From: Flaccisagitta enflata
Lineage: Eukaryota
Assembly: GCA_965153355.1 (NCBI GenBank)
Contig: OZ231126.1
Coordinates: forward strand, 43,834,001-43,898,000
Length of the DNA: 64,000 bases
Direction: 5' to 3'
In this document: one piece after another, positions 47,411 through 60,426 of the stretch
Position numbering within the stretch: position 1 is the stretch's first letter
Layout: the number at the start of each line of letters is the position of its first letter
Position numbers and translations under genes: made by a program
Notes under the pieces: generated by a model
Database searches by the model: none
Told to the model about the DNA's origin: nothing
The model's input: only the letters and a program-made list of their open reading frames with translations

Positions 47411-47947
47411 CAGCGATGTATGGCAGCTTGGAGCCTAGGGACTTCAAAACCAATTCCAAGCCCGACAGCAAATCTAAGCATGACAGCCTTTTGACTGATT
47501 TACTATGATTCCTATGCTTTCTAAGCCAATACTAGACAAAAAGTAACACATAAAAGAGTGATTCTCATCTCGATGGTTATTACTTCATGAAATTGATCTG
47601 TTTTCAATTGATTCATACAATCTAGTGTATTGTGCAAAAAAAAGAATGTATGGCAGATAGGTCAATGCATACTAATTATCAACACATATCAATCAAGCCC
47701 TTTTTACATTTCGTTTTGCAAACATATCTATTATTACCCCCATAGGATTTGATTCACTAACTTTTTTCTGTTATGTTAATCTATCTGTCTGTCTGTCTGT
47801 CTGTCTGTCTGTCCATCTGTCTCTCTCTCTTTTTTTCCCCTTCCTTCAAAAATTTGTTCTCAACACATTTTCAAGCCCGACAAACTTCCAAGCCCGACAG
47901 CAGGGACGTCACGTGATGTCCCTGAAGTCCCTTGCCATACATCGCTG
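47411..47947. mobile_element. hAT-type MITE
   Basis: 8-bp TSD GTCCTGAG; CAGCGATGTATGGCA...TGCCATACATCGCTG. Confidence 0.9.
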
Positions 47948-48281
47948 GTCCTGAGAGAGCATATTTGGGGTAATTTTCCATAATATTCATTGGGAATTTG
48001 GAATTTTTCTCAATTTTTTGTCAATTTGCCATGTTATTCAATGGGAATTTGAGGCCTGAGAGGCTGGATTAAAAGCCCAAGAGGCTGAATTTGAGGTCCA
48101 TGAGGCTGGATTTGAGGCCTGAGAGGCTGGATTTGAGGCCTGAGAGGCTGGATTTAGGGCCTGAGAGGCTGGATTTGAGGCCTGAGAGGCCAGATTTGAG
48201 GCCCGAGAGGCCAGATTTGAGGCCTGAGAGGCTGGATTTGATTCCGGGGAGGCTTGAGAAGCTTCGGAGGGGGGTACGTAG

Positions 48282-48610
48282 TAGGGTGACCAAAAGAATG
48301 GTCAAATTCGAATTTCATCTTCCTCGCGGGAGAAACGTGACCATTTCCATCGCAGATGATGACCCTAAAATCTGGTGGTGATAAGATAAAGTTTACTCAT
48401 GACCGCCACTCCCATAGAAAATGCATAGGAAGGATTCTGGTCTTATTCCAGCCCTATGTTTTATAATGGGAAAAGGGGTTGGGTGGCGGTCATGAGTAAA
48501 TTTTATCTGATCATCACCAGATTTTAGAGTCATCATCTGTGGCGGAAATGGACACATTTCTCCCGCGAGGAACACTAAATTCGGATTTGACCATACTTTC
48601 AGTCACCCTA
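48282..48610. mobile_element. hAT-type foldback MITE (TAGGGTGAC termini, ~130-bp TIRs)
   Basis: TSD GTACGTAG/GTATGTAG; TAGGGTGACC...AGTCACCCTA. Confidence 0.85.
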
Positions 48611-48716
48611 GTATGTAGGGACGGAAGGACGTACGTAATTTTTAGCCCCTGTGTCCTACAGGACATCGGCCCTTTGGGGCCGCTGCCCAAAAAGCTCAAA
48701 AACGCCGAAAAAGTAA

Positions 48717-49437
48717 CAGGTCGCCCAAGGGCAATATGTGGTCAGCGATACCCGTTGCCCTGCTTTGAGTGATTATGAATTGAAGGGGAAGCAGGGCAGC
48801 GGCCCCAAAGGGGACGAAGTCCTGTAGAACACAGGGGGACTTTCGTTCGTCCTGCCTGAACAAGTGGATGAGATGCTATAGGGGGCTGACTGAAGGCCTT
48901 CATGAGCCTAGACTGAGGTCCAAGAAGGCTGATGTAAGGCCTGAGAATGCCAATTGGAAGCTTGAGTGGGCTGACTTGAGGCTTGAAAGAGCTGGAATAA
49001 GGTTTGAGAGCAGTAAATTGAGGCTTGGATAGCTAATTTGAGGCCTGAGAGGCCTAATTTGAAGCCTGAGAGGCAGGTATGAGGCCTGAGATTTTGGATT
49101 GGAGGCCTGAGAAGCCTAATTTGAGACTTGAAAGGCCGGTTTTGAAGCCTGAGAGGCTGGATTTGAGGCCTGAGAGGCTGGATTTGAGGCCTGAGAGGCT
49201 GGATTTGAGGCCTGAGAGGCCGGATTTGAGGCCTGAGAGACTGGATTTGAGGCCTGAGAGGCCAGATTTAAGGCCTAAGAGGCAAGATTTGAGGCCTGAG
49301 AGGCCAGATATGAGGCCTGAGGGGCCTGATAGGGGGGGGACGAACGGACGGAAGGACAAACGGACGGATGAACGAACGAACGAAAGTACCCCTGTGTTCT
49401 ACAGGACTTCGTCCCCTTCGGGGCCGCTGCCCAAAAA
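48717..49437 (-). mobile_element. Family E element with roughly 20 units of the 21-bp satellite
   Basis: GGGCAGCGGCCCCAAAGGGGACGAAGTCCTGTAGAACACAGGGG and its inverse at 49389-49432; (GACG/GAAC)n. Confidence 0.85.
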
Positions 49438-50735
49438 GGGGACCAACCAACCAACCGACCAACCGACCAACCGACCAACCGACCAACCGACCAACCGACC
49501 AACCGACCAACCGACATAGCGGGGTGTAGAGTCGCGTAGCACGCGACTAAAAATACCGAAATCAGCGAAATGAATGAATGAGATATAGGAGAAATGAATA
49601 TAAATCAGCAACCTCTGTAACTTTGATTATTTATGAGCCAGGCCGGATACAAGGCTGCTTAAGTCGCGTGTGACAGGGAAAGGGGGTAGTGATGTGAAAG
49701 GCTACCCAAACATTTGGGCATAAGCGACCCTTTAAACGCTGACAGAAGAACTAAAACGCAAGAAAAGTGAGGTGAGCGTGTATTCTGCTAACTAGACGAC
49801 GATTTCCTATTCACCAAACCCACATGGAAACATGTACAAAGGGATTCGAGACAATGAATGTTTCCGTGTTGTACACGCAAACAGATTTGACCCTCCGGAC
49901 CCGCCCTCTGGTCTCCTCCAAATACTCCCTATAGTCCTAAGAATCTGAGAATCGTTCGACGCCATTTGACTTTGATGGCCTTTTTTCTCGTTCGAGCTAA
50001 CGCCTTCTCACAAAAAAAAAAAAAAACTCTTTGACGCCCATCAGCCACCAACGCCGTGTCTTTATTTCCCTAGATGTTGTTGTGTATTGCCTATTCGCAT
50101 CTCTACAAGAAGTTCTATCATTGTGGGTTTTTTTCACATATGACTTTGGGGATGGGAGGGCTGAACTTCGACTTGACGTCTTAGGCTATATTGAGTATAT
50201 TTTAGACCTTCAAGGCCAGAGAGGACTGAAAACAAGCCTGAGAGGGTGTTGATTTAAGGCCGGAGAGGGTCAAACTCGGGCCGCTTCCCAAAAAAATGAA
50301 TTAAACCCTTGTTTCATGTCCATTGTCCAGTGATAAGATCATGATTATCACGAAATGATTGAAAGAGAATCCATCTAAATTTTGATTCAATAGCCTACCT
50401 GGAATTAAGATACAGGTCCTCCCGCATTTCCAACTCTAGGCGATTACTACGGTAAATGAGAGAGTGACCAACGGACCGACCGATGGACCGATGAATCGTC
50501 CAATAGACCGACGGACCGAGGCTGTGAAATACTGAGTTCACGCGTTCGCACTCGTCCCCGCCTTACGTTCCTTGTATATCTAGATTTGTCGTGTAGTGAA
50601 CGCCATCTTAGCCGCTTTGCCGTTTTGTTTCTCAGAAGTTGTGACCGTATTCGGTCTTTTGACTTCCAACGACGCGGGAAAGGGTTGCCTAATGTTCTCC
50701 GTTCTGTGGTACACGCTGGACAGTCATTGGACAGA

Positions 50736-50929
50736 ACAAGGCCGGATAAACGGCTACACCCGTCACGTGCGGGTGGGCAGGGGCCTTTTCTGACGTCACT
50801 AGACCATTTGGGCAGGAGCAGTGGGGTCAAAGAATAAAAAATAAAAAAAAAAGTAAAATGTGTCCGACCGACAGACCGACGGACGGATGGCCAAAGCGGG
50901 GTGTAGTGTCGTGCAGCACGCGACTGAAA
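50736..50929 (-). mobile_element. HINE family A
   Basis: Canonical ends with minor decay. Confidence 0.8.
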
Positions 50930-51653
50930 TAAGATGTCAGTTGTATTTAGATCTTTTTTTTTTTGAAAAGTCACGTAGCTTTCTATAATTCCACGCCTAT
51001 GATTACGGCTGGTCAGTGGACACCCGCACGGAACTTCACCCGCAATGTGGCCTGTTTGTGTGTACTGTAACTGTAGTTATATTGAGTTGGACAACATTAC
51101 TTTATAACAAAAAATCTAGAAAAAGAACTAGAGCCTTGGGAGCTCTTACTGGTGTTTCATCCGGACCCCTCACAGCTATCCTTAGAATTATCAAAATCCG
51201 CTTCAAACCCTACCACAAATACAAATCCATATAAGGCACACGCTTCACAAACCAAAAGACATGCGCTTGCAGAATTGCCACCCGTTATCATCGTTTCGAA
51301 CTCGTATTGAAGAAAATCGCCATTAACCTAATCATCACCGATAAATTAAGCGACCATCAAGTAAAACAGCCGCGAACAAGAGTCTGTACTATCGTAACAT
51401 TTGCTTGCGCGCTTGGCCATCAAAACGGCCTCCCATATTACCCAACGACCCCTTTTTCGCCTTGACCCAGTAAATCTTCTTCGTCGGATATAAGACGGAT
51501 ATCGATGAAGCTACAGAAGGCGAAGGGTCGTTTTGTTCATCTAGCATCCGAACCATCATCATGACCATCAACTCCTCCATTGCAACAAACGTAATAAGCG
51601 GTGTGATGATCTTGGCCATCTCCCTCGCTTTCTCTGACCAATGACGTGCAAGG

Positions 51654-51753
<100 letters not shown>

Positions 51754-52185
51754 ATTGTTGTTGTTGTTGTTATTTTTGTTGTTGTTGTTGCTGTTGTTAA
51801 TTGACAATGTTTCACGACTGATGAAAGGCAGCTCAACAAGCGGAAAAGGCCTTTGGGATTTGGACGTGGATGATAATTAGCGAAAGATGGAAGGGATAAA
51901 GGGAGGGAGGAGAGTTGAAAGAAGAAGACGAAGATGAAGAGGAAGAAGAAGAAGAAGAAGAAGAAGAAGAAGAAGAAGAAGAAGAAGAAGAAGAAGAAGA
52001 AGAAGAAGAAAAAGAAGAAGAAGAAGAAGAAGAAGAAGTAGAAGAAAAAGAAAAAGAAAAAGAAAAAGAAAAAGAAAAAGAAAAAGAAAAAGAAAAAGAA
52101 AAAGAACAAGAACAAGAACAAGAACAAGAACAAGAGAAAGGAGAAAAAGAACAAGATGAAGAAGGAAAAGAACAAGAATAAAAAG

Positions 52186-52414
52186 AACAAGTGCCGCGGG
52201 GTCACAATATCATTGCGAACGGGTGCACAGGGGCATCAAACGCTGATCCACACCCCAACTCCCACCCCAAACACAAACATACACAAAAGGTATCCATAAT
52301 GCTTGTTTTTTTACTTTTTGACTCAATCATTACCGACAGACTCACGGACTAACGGACCGATGGACGGACAAACGGAAAAAGCCTCTTATAGAGTTGCGTG
52401 TCCGCAACTGAAAA
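52186..52414 (-). mobile_element. HINE family D
   Basis: AACAAGTGCCGCGGGGTCAC hairpin...GAGTTGCGTGTCCGCAACTGAAAA. Confidence 0.8.
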
Positions 52415-52539
52415 GACGAAGATAAAAAAGAAAAAGAAACAGAAAACAAAAACGAAAACGAAAAACGAAAAACGAAAAACGAAAAACGAAAAACGAAAAA
52501 CGAAAAACGAAAAACGAAAAACGAAAAATGAAAAATGAA

Positions 52540-52598
<59 letters not shown>

Positions 52599-52936
52599 CG
52601 AGGTGGGCAGGCGCGGAATAGCGGAAAAAATACTCACATTTTGTTTGGAATACCGACCGACACAGTAAGCCCTAGAGTCGCGAGTCCGTGACTGAAAAGA
52701 AAAAGAAGAAAAAGGAGAAAAAGTAAAAGATAAAGCCGACCGACCGATAAAATGGACAAAAGGTTCGCATTTACGAGATAAAAAAGGCAACGAAGATGAA
52801 TCTTGGTCTTTTACATGAAAATGCTTTTGTGTATAAAATCTTTTTTTACTGTATCATCATTCCATCGATGGCTTTTATTGTTTGTATTTCCTTTAACGTT
52901 ATTTGCCTTTTGCCCATATAAGGCAAAGTGCCTTTT

Positions 52937-53018
<82 letters not shown>

Positions 53019-53686
53019 AACAGAGAGACAGAAACAGAGACTGAGACAGAGAGACAGAGAGAAACAGAGAGAGACAGACACACTCACACAGAGACAGAGA
53101 CACAGGGAGAGACAGAGAGAGACAGAGACAGAAAGTGCAAGACAGACAGATAGAAATAGAAAGACGAACTATCAGCCAGACAGACTGAAAATCATAAATA
53201 AGCTTTCTAACCATGGAAGGATGTTGACGGCAATTATTTTCTCCTTTGAAAATCATGACTTTTTGATTTGAAAATCTTGGTTCTGAATTGCCTTGAATCG
53301 TCATGATCTTTTTCTTTTCCTTTCTTTTATCGTTTGTCTTTGCTCCTCTTGATCTTTATTTTCCTCATCTTCTTTAATTTCTTCCTTTTTCTCTTCCATC
53401 TTTTTTCCCTCTCTTCTTCATCTTATTCTGTTTCTTACTCTTCTTTTTCTTCTTCTTCTCCTTTTCCTTCCTTCTCTTTTTCCTCTTCTTCTCCTCCTTC
53501 TTCTCCTTATCCTCCTTCTTCCGCTTATCCTCCTTGTTCTTCTTCTTCTCCTTCCTTTTCTTTTTCTTCTTCTTCTTCTTCTTCTTCTTCTTCTTCTTCT
53601 TCTTCTTCTTCTTCTTCTTCTTCTTCTTCTTTTTCTTCTTCTTCTTCTTTTTCTTCTTCTTCTTCTTTTTCTTTTTCTTCTTCTTT

Positions 53687-53720
<34 letters not shown>

Positions 53721-53789
53721 TCTTTTTCTAGATCTTGATCTTCTTTTTCTTGTTCTTCTTGCTCTTTTTCTTTCATTCGTTCTACTATA

Positions 53790-54680
53790 CAGTCTATGGA
53801 CATTTCGATATTTGTAGATATGTCAGCAGTTTGGCATACAGGGTGATCAATCTCAAAGTGGGAAAAGTATTAAGCTTTCATTCCTATATGCATCAAGTCT
53901 GTGGTCTGAGATCAATTTTCTTTCATAGTACTATGTTTGACGTTTTTTGTGTTAAAATTTCATTGGTTTAGCTAGAATAGTTTGACCACAAGATCAATTT
54001 GAAGTAAAACAATGATTTACAGTTTTACCTGAAAATCTAGTGAGAATTTCAAAGCAGATTTTCTCAAAATTCCTCTTATCTCTCAATGACTTGAGCTACA
54101 GTTGCCTGATTGGTCTCAAATCAAAGATATTTGCATAATCTTTCATTTGAAACCAATTTGAAGTCTATAGCTCAAGTTTATTAGAGATGAAAGCAATTAA
54201 ATAGAAATCCGTTTAGAAAATCTAACAAGATTTTAAGCTAAAACTGTAAATGATTGTTTTACTTCAAATTAATGTTGTGGTCAAACTATTCAAGCTAAAC
54301 CAATAAAATTTTAACATAAAAAACGTCAAACATAGTACTATAAAAGATAATTGATCTCAGACCATAGACATGATGCATACAGGAATGTAAGCTTAATACT
54401 TTTCCCACTTTGAGATTGATCACCCGGTATCTTAATCCCTTGAGATCACTCATTCTGGGATATTTCAACCTGTTGAGATCTCTCATTCTGGCACATTTCA
54501 ACGCGTTGAGATCTCTCATTCTACTGAGATAAATCTTGGACATGAGAGATCTCAACATGTTGAAATGTGCTAGAATGAGAGATCTCAACGGGTTGAAATA
54601 TCCCAGAATGAGTGATCTCAAGGCGTTGAGATATGCCAAACTGCTGACATATCTACAAATATCGAAATGTCCACTGACTG
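53790..54680. mobile_element. Tc1/mariner-type palindromic MITE hosting a second MITE
   Basis: TA|CAGTCTATGGACATTTCGATATTTGTAGATATG ... CATATCTACAAATATCGAAATGTCCACTGACTG|TA; internal TTGAGATCTCTCATTCT repeats in both orientations. Confidence 0.85.
53839..54427. mobile_element. Tc1/mariner-type foldback MITE (CAGGGTGATCAATCTCAAAGTGGG)
   Basis: TA TSD; the arms cover almost the whole element. Confidence 0.9.
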
Positions 54681-55057
54681 TATATTTTTCTCAATTTTCC
54701 TTTCTTTCCCCTCTTTTGTTTCCGTCGCTTAAAGCTAAAACATCCTCAGACATTTCTTCCGCTTTTGTGATAACTCCAACTTCCGCTTCCGCTTCCGCTT
54801 CCGCTTCCGCTTCCGCTTCCGCTTTTCACGTGGGCTTTTGTCTCTCATAATGAGACTGTAAGAGACCATTTCCTCATTGCCTATGTCACTATTTCCAAAC
54901 ATGCTCAAACCGGTTGATTTTACCGTTTCTACGCCCGCCATACATTCATTCCTCTTATCTATCTTTCAATTTGTGATATATTCTAATTTTTCGCCCATTG
55001 GCAATACGTGGTCAACTATACCCTTTGCTTTCGATGATTGTGAATTTCAGTGAGGAG

Positions 55058-55157
<100 letters not shown>

Positions 55158-55246
55158 CTTCCATTCCGTTCCGCGGAAGCTCATGAGATTGTTAATAACC
55201 TCGATGGCACTTTAATTCTCCGCCTCTTTTGAGAAGTTGACGCCCT

Positions 55247-55672
55247 CGAGTGTCACCTCACTATTTCTTTGTCTCTGTCTCTGTCTCTCTGGTCTCACCT
55301 CACTATTTCTTTGTCTCTGTCTCTGAATCTGTCTCTCTATTGTAACCTCACTTTTTCTTTGTCTCTGTTTCTGTCTCTCTAGTGTCACCTCACTATTTCT
55401 TTTTCTTTGTCTCTGTCTCTCTAGTGTCACCTGACTATTTCTTTGTCTCTGTTTTTGTCACCGTCTCTCTATTGTCATCTCACTATTTCTTTGTCTCTGT
55501 CTCTCTAGTGTCACCTCACTATTTCTCTGTCTCTGTTTCCATCACTGTCTCTCCAGTGTCACCTAACTGTTTCTCTGTCTCTGTTTCTGTCTCTGTCTCT
55601 CTTTTGTCACCTCACTATTTCTTTGTCTCTATCTTTCTCTCTCTATTGTCACCTCATTATTTCTTTGTCTCA

Positions 55673-55753
<81 letters not shown>

Positions 55754-56120
55754 CACCTCACTATTTCTTCGTCTCTCTTTCTGTCTCTCTCTCTCTAGTG
55801 TCACCTCACTACTTCTCTATCTCTGTCTCTGTTGCTGCCTCTCGAGTGTCACCTCACTATTTCTTTGTATCTGTCTCTGTCTCTGTCTCTCTACTGTAAA
55901 CTCACCTATTCTCTGTCTCTGTCTCTGTCTCTCTAGTGTCATCTCACTATTTCTCTGTCTCTGTCTTCAAATGCCACCTCCGCATTTCTCTGTCTCTGTC
56001 TTCGTCTCTGTTTCTGTCTCTGTCTCCCTCTCTATAGTGTCAGCTCCTTATTTCTCTATCTCTGTCTGTCTGTCTGTCTGTTGCTGTCTCTCGAGTGTAA
56101 CCTCACCATTTATATGTCCC
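55247..56120. repeat. Degenerate minisatellite: AGTGTCACCTCACTATTTCT core plus variable (GTCTCT)n, about 30-54-bp units
   Basis: The core recurs roughly 18 times. Confidence 0.85.
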
Positions 56121-56438
56121 TGTCTCTTTCTCTCAGGCTCTCCCTATCCCTTTGTCGCTCTGTCGCTCTGTCTCTCCGTACTCTGTCTCTGTCTCAGCAT
56201 CTGCCTCTACGTCTATCTCAGACTCTTTTTCAGAGCTCTTCCTCTTCTCCTCCATCTGCCCCCCCCCCTTTCCGGGCTACCTTTGATAGCTTTGAGCTCA
56301 AATCCAAGTAATGAGGTCCACATTTTAGCCAAAATCCTAATCTTAAGGCTTAAGTTCTAGTGTCATGAGGAACCGCCGCACTGATCAGTTAATGCTTTTG
56401 TACTTGTTCCTCTCTCTCTCTCTGTCTGTCTCTCTGCC

Positions 56439-56521
<83 letters not shown>

Positions 56522-57116
56522 TTCTCTCTCCATGTGTCACCCAACCCCGGCGTTTCCTCTAATTATAATTCCATTTCTTTATTCCCGAATGACATCGCAA
56601 TTTTACGGCGGAGTAAATAAAAGAGGAGCGCATTTTAAAGAAATCATTTTTTTTCTTTCTCCTTCCTTTGTACCAAAGCTTTTTGTAATAAAACGCATCG
56701 TCGCCCAAAGGAAGTTCATTTAGGAGGAATTCTCCACCACTCTACAGAAGTAATCGAATACAGTAGTAATAGGACGCTAGTTTCGTAATTCTACTTTATC
56801 GACACCCCCCCCCCCCATCTGAATCTCCATCATCATTCCATCACTTCGGTCGTGGTAAAGTGATGGAATGATGCTGAATCGGCACCTCCACCTTTCTCAA
56901 CTTTAGTTTCTCTTCCACCTTCCGCCGTCTCTGCCACGCTTCCTTCCACTTTAGGGTTTAATCAGTTTTTTGGACATCACGCGTGAAGGAGAATTACAAC
57001 ATTGTGAAAAGTCTCTGTTGCCCCACACTTGAAGTGGAGTTTGATGATGAGGTTCAAAAGCAGCCTTTTAAGTCACGCCTTAACCTCACATCAAGACTTA
57101 AGTCAATAGGACACAC

Positions 57117-57630
57117 TCGGGTGTGTCAATATGCAAAAGGTTTTTTGATCAGATGATCATCATCATCAGGGAGCGTTGAGACATGAATTCTAAGACACCG
57201 TTTTTCTTTTTTCAAATTTCATTCATCTTTCATTTTTTTCTAAATCCCTATTTAGTCCCTAATTTGTATACTGTAGTGAAGCTGGTTTTGCACCTGGATT
57301 ATTGATGATAAAGAGAAAAATCAAAACTCATTGGTTTTCTTATTCCTCATACTGTAAAAAATTAGTGAAATTACTCTGCTTTTATATAAGTTGACTTTGT
57401 AATAAAAAAAATATAACTTTCAAAATGATATCTTAGTTTTATTTTCAACAAAACTGGGTTCAATCGCTGAAAGTACATATATTTTTGGCAATCTTTACAT
57501 GCGCTAAAAAAAACGGAAGATGACTGAAATTGAAAAAAATAAAAATGGAAAGTGTCTTGTAATTAGTGACTATATACTCACTGATGATGATGAGCTGATC
57601 AGAAGCCCTTTTGCGTATTAAAACACCTGA
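57117..57630. mobile_element. MITE with 9-bp TSD (Mutator/MULE- or Merlin-type)
   Basis: AGGACACAC at 57108-57116 and 57631-57639; imperfect TIRs TCGGGTGTGTCAATATGCAAAAGG / CCTTTTGCGTATTAAAACACCTGA. Confidence 0.8.
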
Positions 57631-58538
57631 AGGACACACATTCCATCTGTAATCTTCTCGTTTTCATTTCCTCCATTTAGGTGATGCTAAGTAATGTTTC
57701 AAAATGTCATGTTCCAATTTTGTTTTATTATCTGTCATATCAAGTTATGAATATCTTTCATGTTGAAAGCCAAACGCTTTACATGAACGGGAGTTAACAT
57801 GACAGTGGTCGTTGTAGTTTTCTATTTATTATTCTATCGGTTCGAATCTTGAGAGCATTAACCTTTGAGAATTGAGAAACCAATTGAAATCCATGGGCTT
57901 GTAATAAGCTTTTTTGCTGTGATATTTGCGTCTACCTTAACGTAGAATAGGTAGGCATTTGGCGTTGACAAGGTTTTGCAGTGGTAAGCATGGGGGATAT
58001 TTTTAATGTTTTTGATCTTACTCGATTACAATCCGACTCCTTTGGTGGTCAAGTAGATTTTTTTTCTGTTTGTTTATTCTTTCATGTAAAGACACATGAA
58101 TATCGTTGCTTATTTTGACTTAACTTATTGTCATGTGGGTGCATCGGTCAATGATCTGTATTGGGCTTTGTAATGCCTATGTCTTGCAATTTTTAAACAA
58201 CCAAATAATCTGCTGAGTTCTATGCTTTTTGCCCAATGTTTTATATTTTACATTGAATATAAAACCAATCATCTTATTTAACCAATCCAGTAGAAATTCA
58301 TGAGCAAAATATAAAAAAATTTCGAGCTGGTGGAAAAATTCGCGCAAATGTAAATATCTCTGTTTCGACTCGTTGGTCGTTAGATCTTGTCTCTATAATC
58401 TGTTAAACAGATGATAGCGTGTGTTCAATGATTACCAACATATTGAACGACAGTGCATTGCGTTTAAAACAGAGCTACCACTGACTTGAAGGCAGGCTTA
58501 GACGGAGGAAAAGACAGAGAGGATGAGTGAGAGAAGCT

Positions 58539-58789
58539 AACAAGTGACGCGGGATCACAAAATCGTTGCGGACGGGTGGGCAGGGGCATACAATCCCCAT
58601 CCATACCCTCCTCCATCCCATGCTCACTGACACACACAGACAATCATATGTGCAGCATCATAAATGCGCATTTTCACACTTTTCTACTCGGTGATCACAG
58701 ATGGACCAATGGATGGACAGACGGACCGACGGACAGATGGTCGGACGGACAAAGACTCTTATAGAGGGGCGTGTCTGCGACTAAAAAAA
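58539..58789 (-). mobile_element. HINE family D
   Basis: AACAAGTGACGCGGGATCAC hairpin...GCGACTAAAAA. Confidence 0.8.
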
Positions 58790-59356
58790 GCTTCACAGTC
58801 TTTGCAACATGGAAATGATGCCCCAACGACCTTTTCCTCTTTTTTTTCGGCTTTTCGCTTAACTTCGCCTCTCGTCTATTTTTGGCCTTGACAGCCTTAG
58901 TCCGTCGTCCCCTCTCATTCAGGCCGAGAGTCCGATTTCCCAGCCGCCTACCAGCAGGAATTAATGATTAAGCATTGTTTACTTCGTTGATTTTTATCCG
59001 AAAAATATATTTCAGTGGAGTCTCAGTTTGAGTATCAAAGCGCGCAGATGAGTGATACTGATAAAACAACTGTGACCGAAAACAGTGTGGAATCAGTTTA
59101 ATGTTGTTAAGTCTAGAGGCTAAAAATAAACAACGCTAAGAAGGGATAGAAACGAACGACAGACCAACTAATCCACAGACAGACAAAACGACAGACCGTT
59201 AAAATAGAGCATATTGAGACGTGTGCACATGACTTTGAATATGGAACCATTCCCATTTACCGATGTGAAAGATGAACAAGTTAATCGAAACAAGAAGTGG
59301 CAGACATTCTTTCCACCACATGAGATCATAAAAGGGAAGAATCAGTTTCCCTTACG

Positions 59357-59545
59357 AACAAGGCCGGATACACGGCTACCCCAGTCGCGTGCGGGTGGGA
59401 AGAAGTTGTGCTGGAGAAGGTCACTAGGGCATTTGGGCAGGAGCAGTAAGCTCAAAAAGCTCAAAAAACGCTGAAAAAGTAAAAAGGCGGCTAACTGACC
59501 GACCGACCGACCGATCGACATAGCGGGGTGTAGAGTCGAGTAGGA
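59357..59545 (-). mobile_element. HINE family A (uninterrupted relative of the 47168 host), 5' end decayed
   Basis: AACAAGGCCGGATACACGGCTACCCCAGTCGCGTGCGGG...GACATAGCGGGGTGTAGAGTCG. Confidence 0.85.
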
Positions 59546-59810
59546 ACAACAAAGAAAAAAAAGTGGGGGAAAAAAAGAAAGGTAAAAAAATGAGATTAGA
59601 AATGTCACAGAGAAGATGAGACAAGATTTGATCTCAACACTCGTCAATGTTCCGCCTTCTCTTCCCCTTTCTCTTATTCATTCACTTTTCTTTTCTTTTC
59701 TTCTCCTCTTTTTTTACAAGTCGCGTGCGCGGGCACGCGTCTCATAGTTGACCAACTTCGTTGTTAGAACGGTTGGTGCGCCCGTTCGCAATTCAAGAGC
59801 TCCTGCCCAC

Positions 59811-60426
59811 CACCATCCGTTCAAACTACCGCCAGGTGGTTTTCAGTATTACTCTGGATTTTCCGCTTGATTACGCTCAATACGGACCTCCTGAACAAGA
59901 ATCCAGGTTCAAAAAAATCTTTCTTGTGACGCCTTTTGAAAAAAATTCAAAATTGATTGTTTTTTCAATTATTTTGAAATCAGAATTTTTAGGGCTGTTA
60001 GAAGATCTTTTAAGATAGCATATCTACATTCCTGATAAAATTTCCTTTCATTTGATAGGTCGCAATATATACTTTTTTTAAAAAATTAAGATTCTTAATT
60101 TTCAAGTCACCGTTACAAAAAGTAACGGTGGCTAAAAAATTAAAAATTTGATCTCTTTTGAAAAATATATAGTGCGACCTATCAAACGAAAGGAAATTTC
60201 ATCAGGAATTCAAATATGCCATCTAAAAAAGTTTTCTAACTATCCTCTAAAATCTGGGTGCAATACAGGATGAAAAATTATCAATTTTTGATTTTTTTCA
60301 AAAGGCGCCACAAGAAAGATTTCTTTGAAGCTGGATCCTAGTTCAGGAAGTCCATCCTGAGTAAAAACAAGCGGAAAATTCAGAGTAATACTAAAAACCA
60401 CCTGGTGGTAGTTTGAACGGACGGTG
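59811..60426. mobile_element. Foldback MITE with CAC...GTG termini and apparent 4-bp TSD (Chapaev/CMC-like), inside a degenerate HINE (59711-60471)
   Basis: CACCATCCGTTCAAACTACC...GGTAGTTTGAACGGACGGTG; flanks CCAC/CCAT relative to the HINE consensus CTGCCCACCCGTCCGCAAC. Confidence 0.75.

Larger units (their letters stand above)
47266..48692 (-). mobile_element. Family E element with 21-bp satellite, hosting two hAT MITEs
   Basis: GGGCAGCGGCCCCAAAGGGCCGATGTCCTGTAGGACAC and its inverse at ~48651-48688; GAGGCCTGAGAGGCTGGATTT repeats 48050-48240. Confidence 0.85.
47168..49552 (-). mobile_element. HINE family A host split by two family E inserts
   Basis: Fragments 47168-47265, 48693-48716 and 49438-49552 rejoin to match the uninterrupted copy at 59357. 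Confidence 0.85.

Noticed and set aside
48069-49519. LDLRPER / SGLKSSL heptad-repeat ORFs (also 25678-26036)
   Set aside because: They are reading frames of the 21-bp satellite inside family E elements and are open on both strands
51389-51619. ORF MAKIITPLITFV... as first exon of the iGluR-like relic
   Set aside because: Position and strand are compatible, but it has no diagnostic motif or clear donor, so I left it unassigned
55247-56120. CRISPR-like repeat-spacer array
   Set aside because: Spacers are hexamer microsatellite, repeats are degenerate, the context is eukaryotic and there are no cas genes
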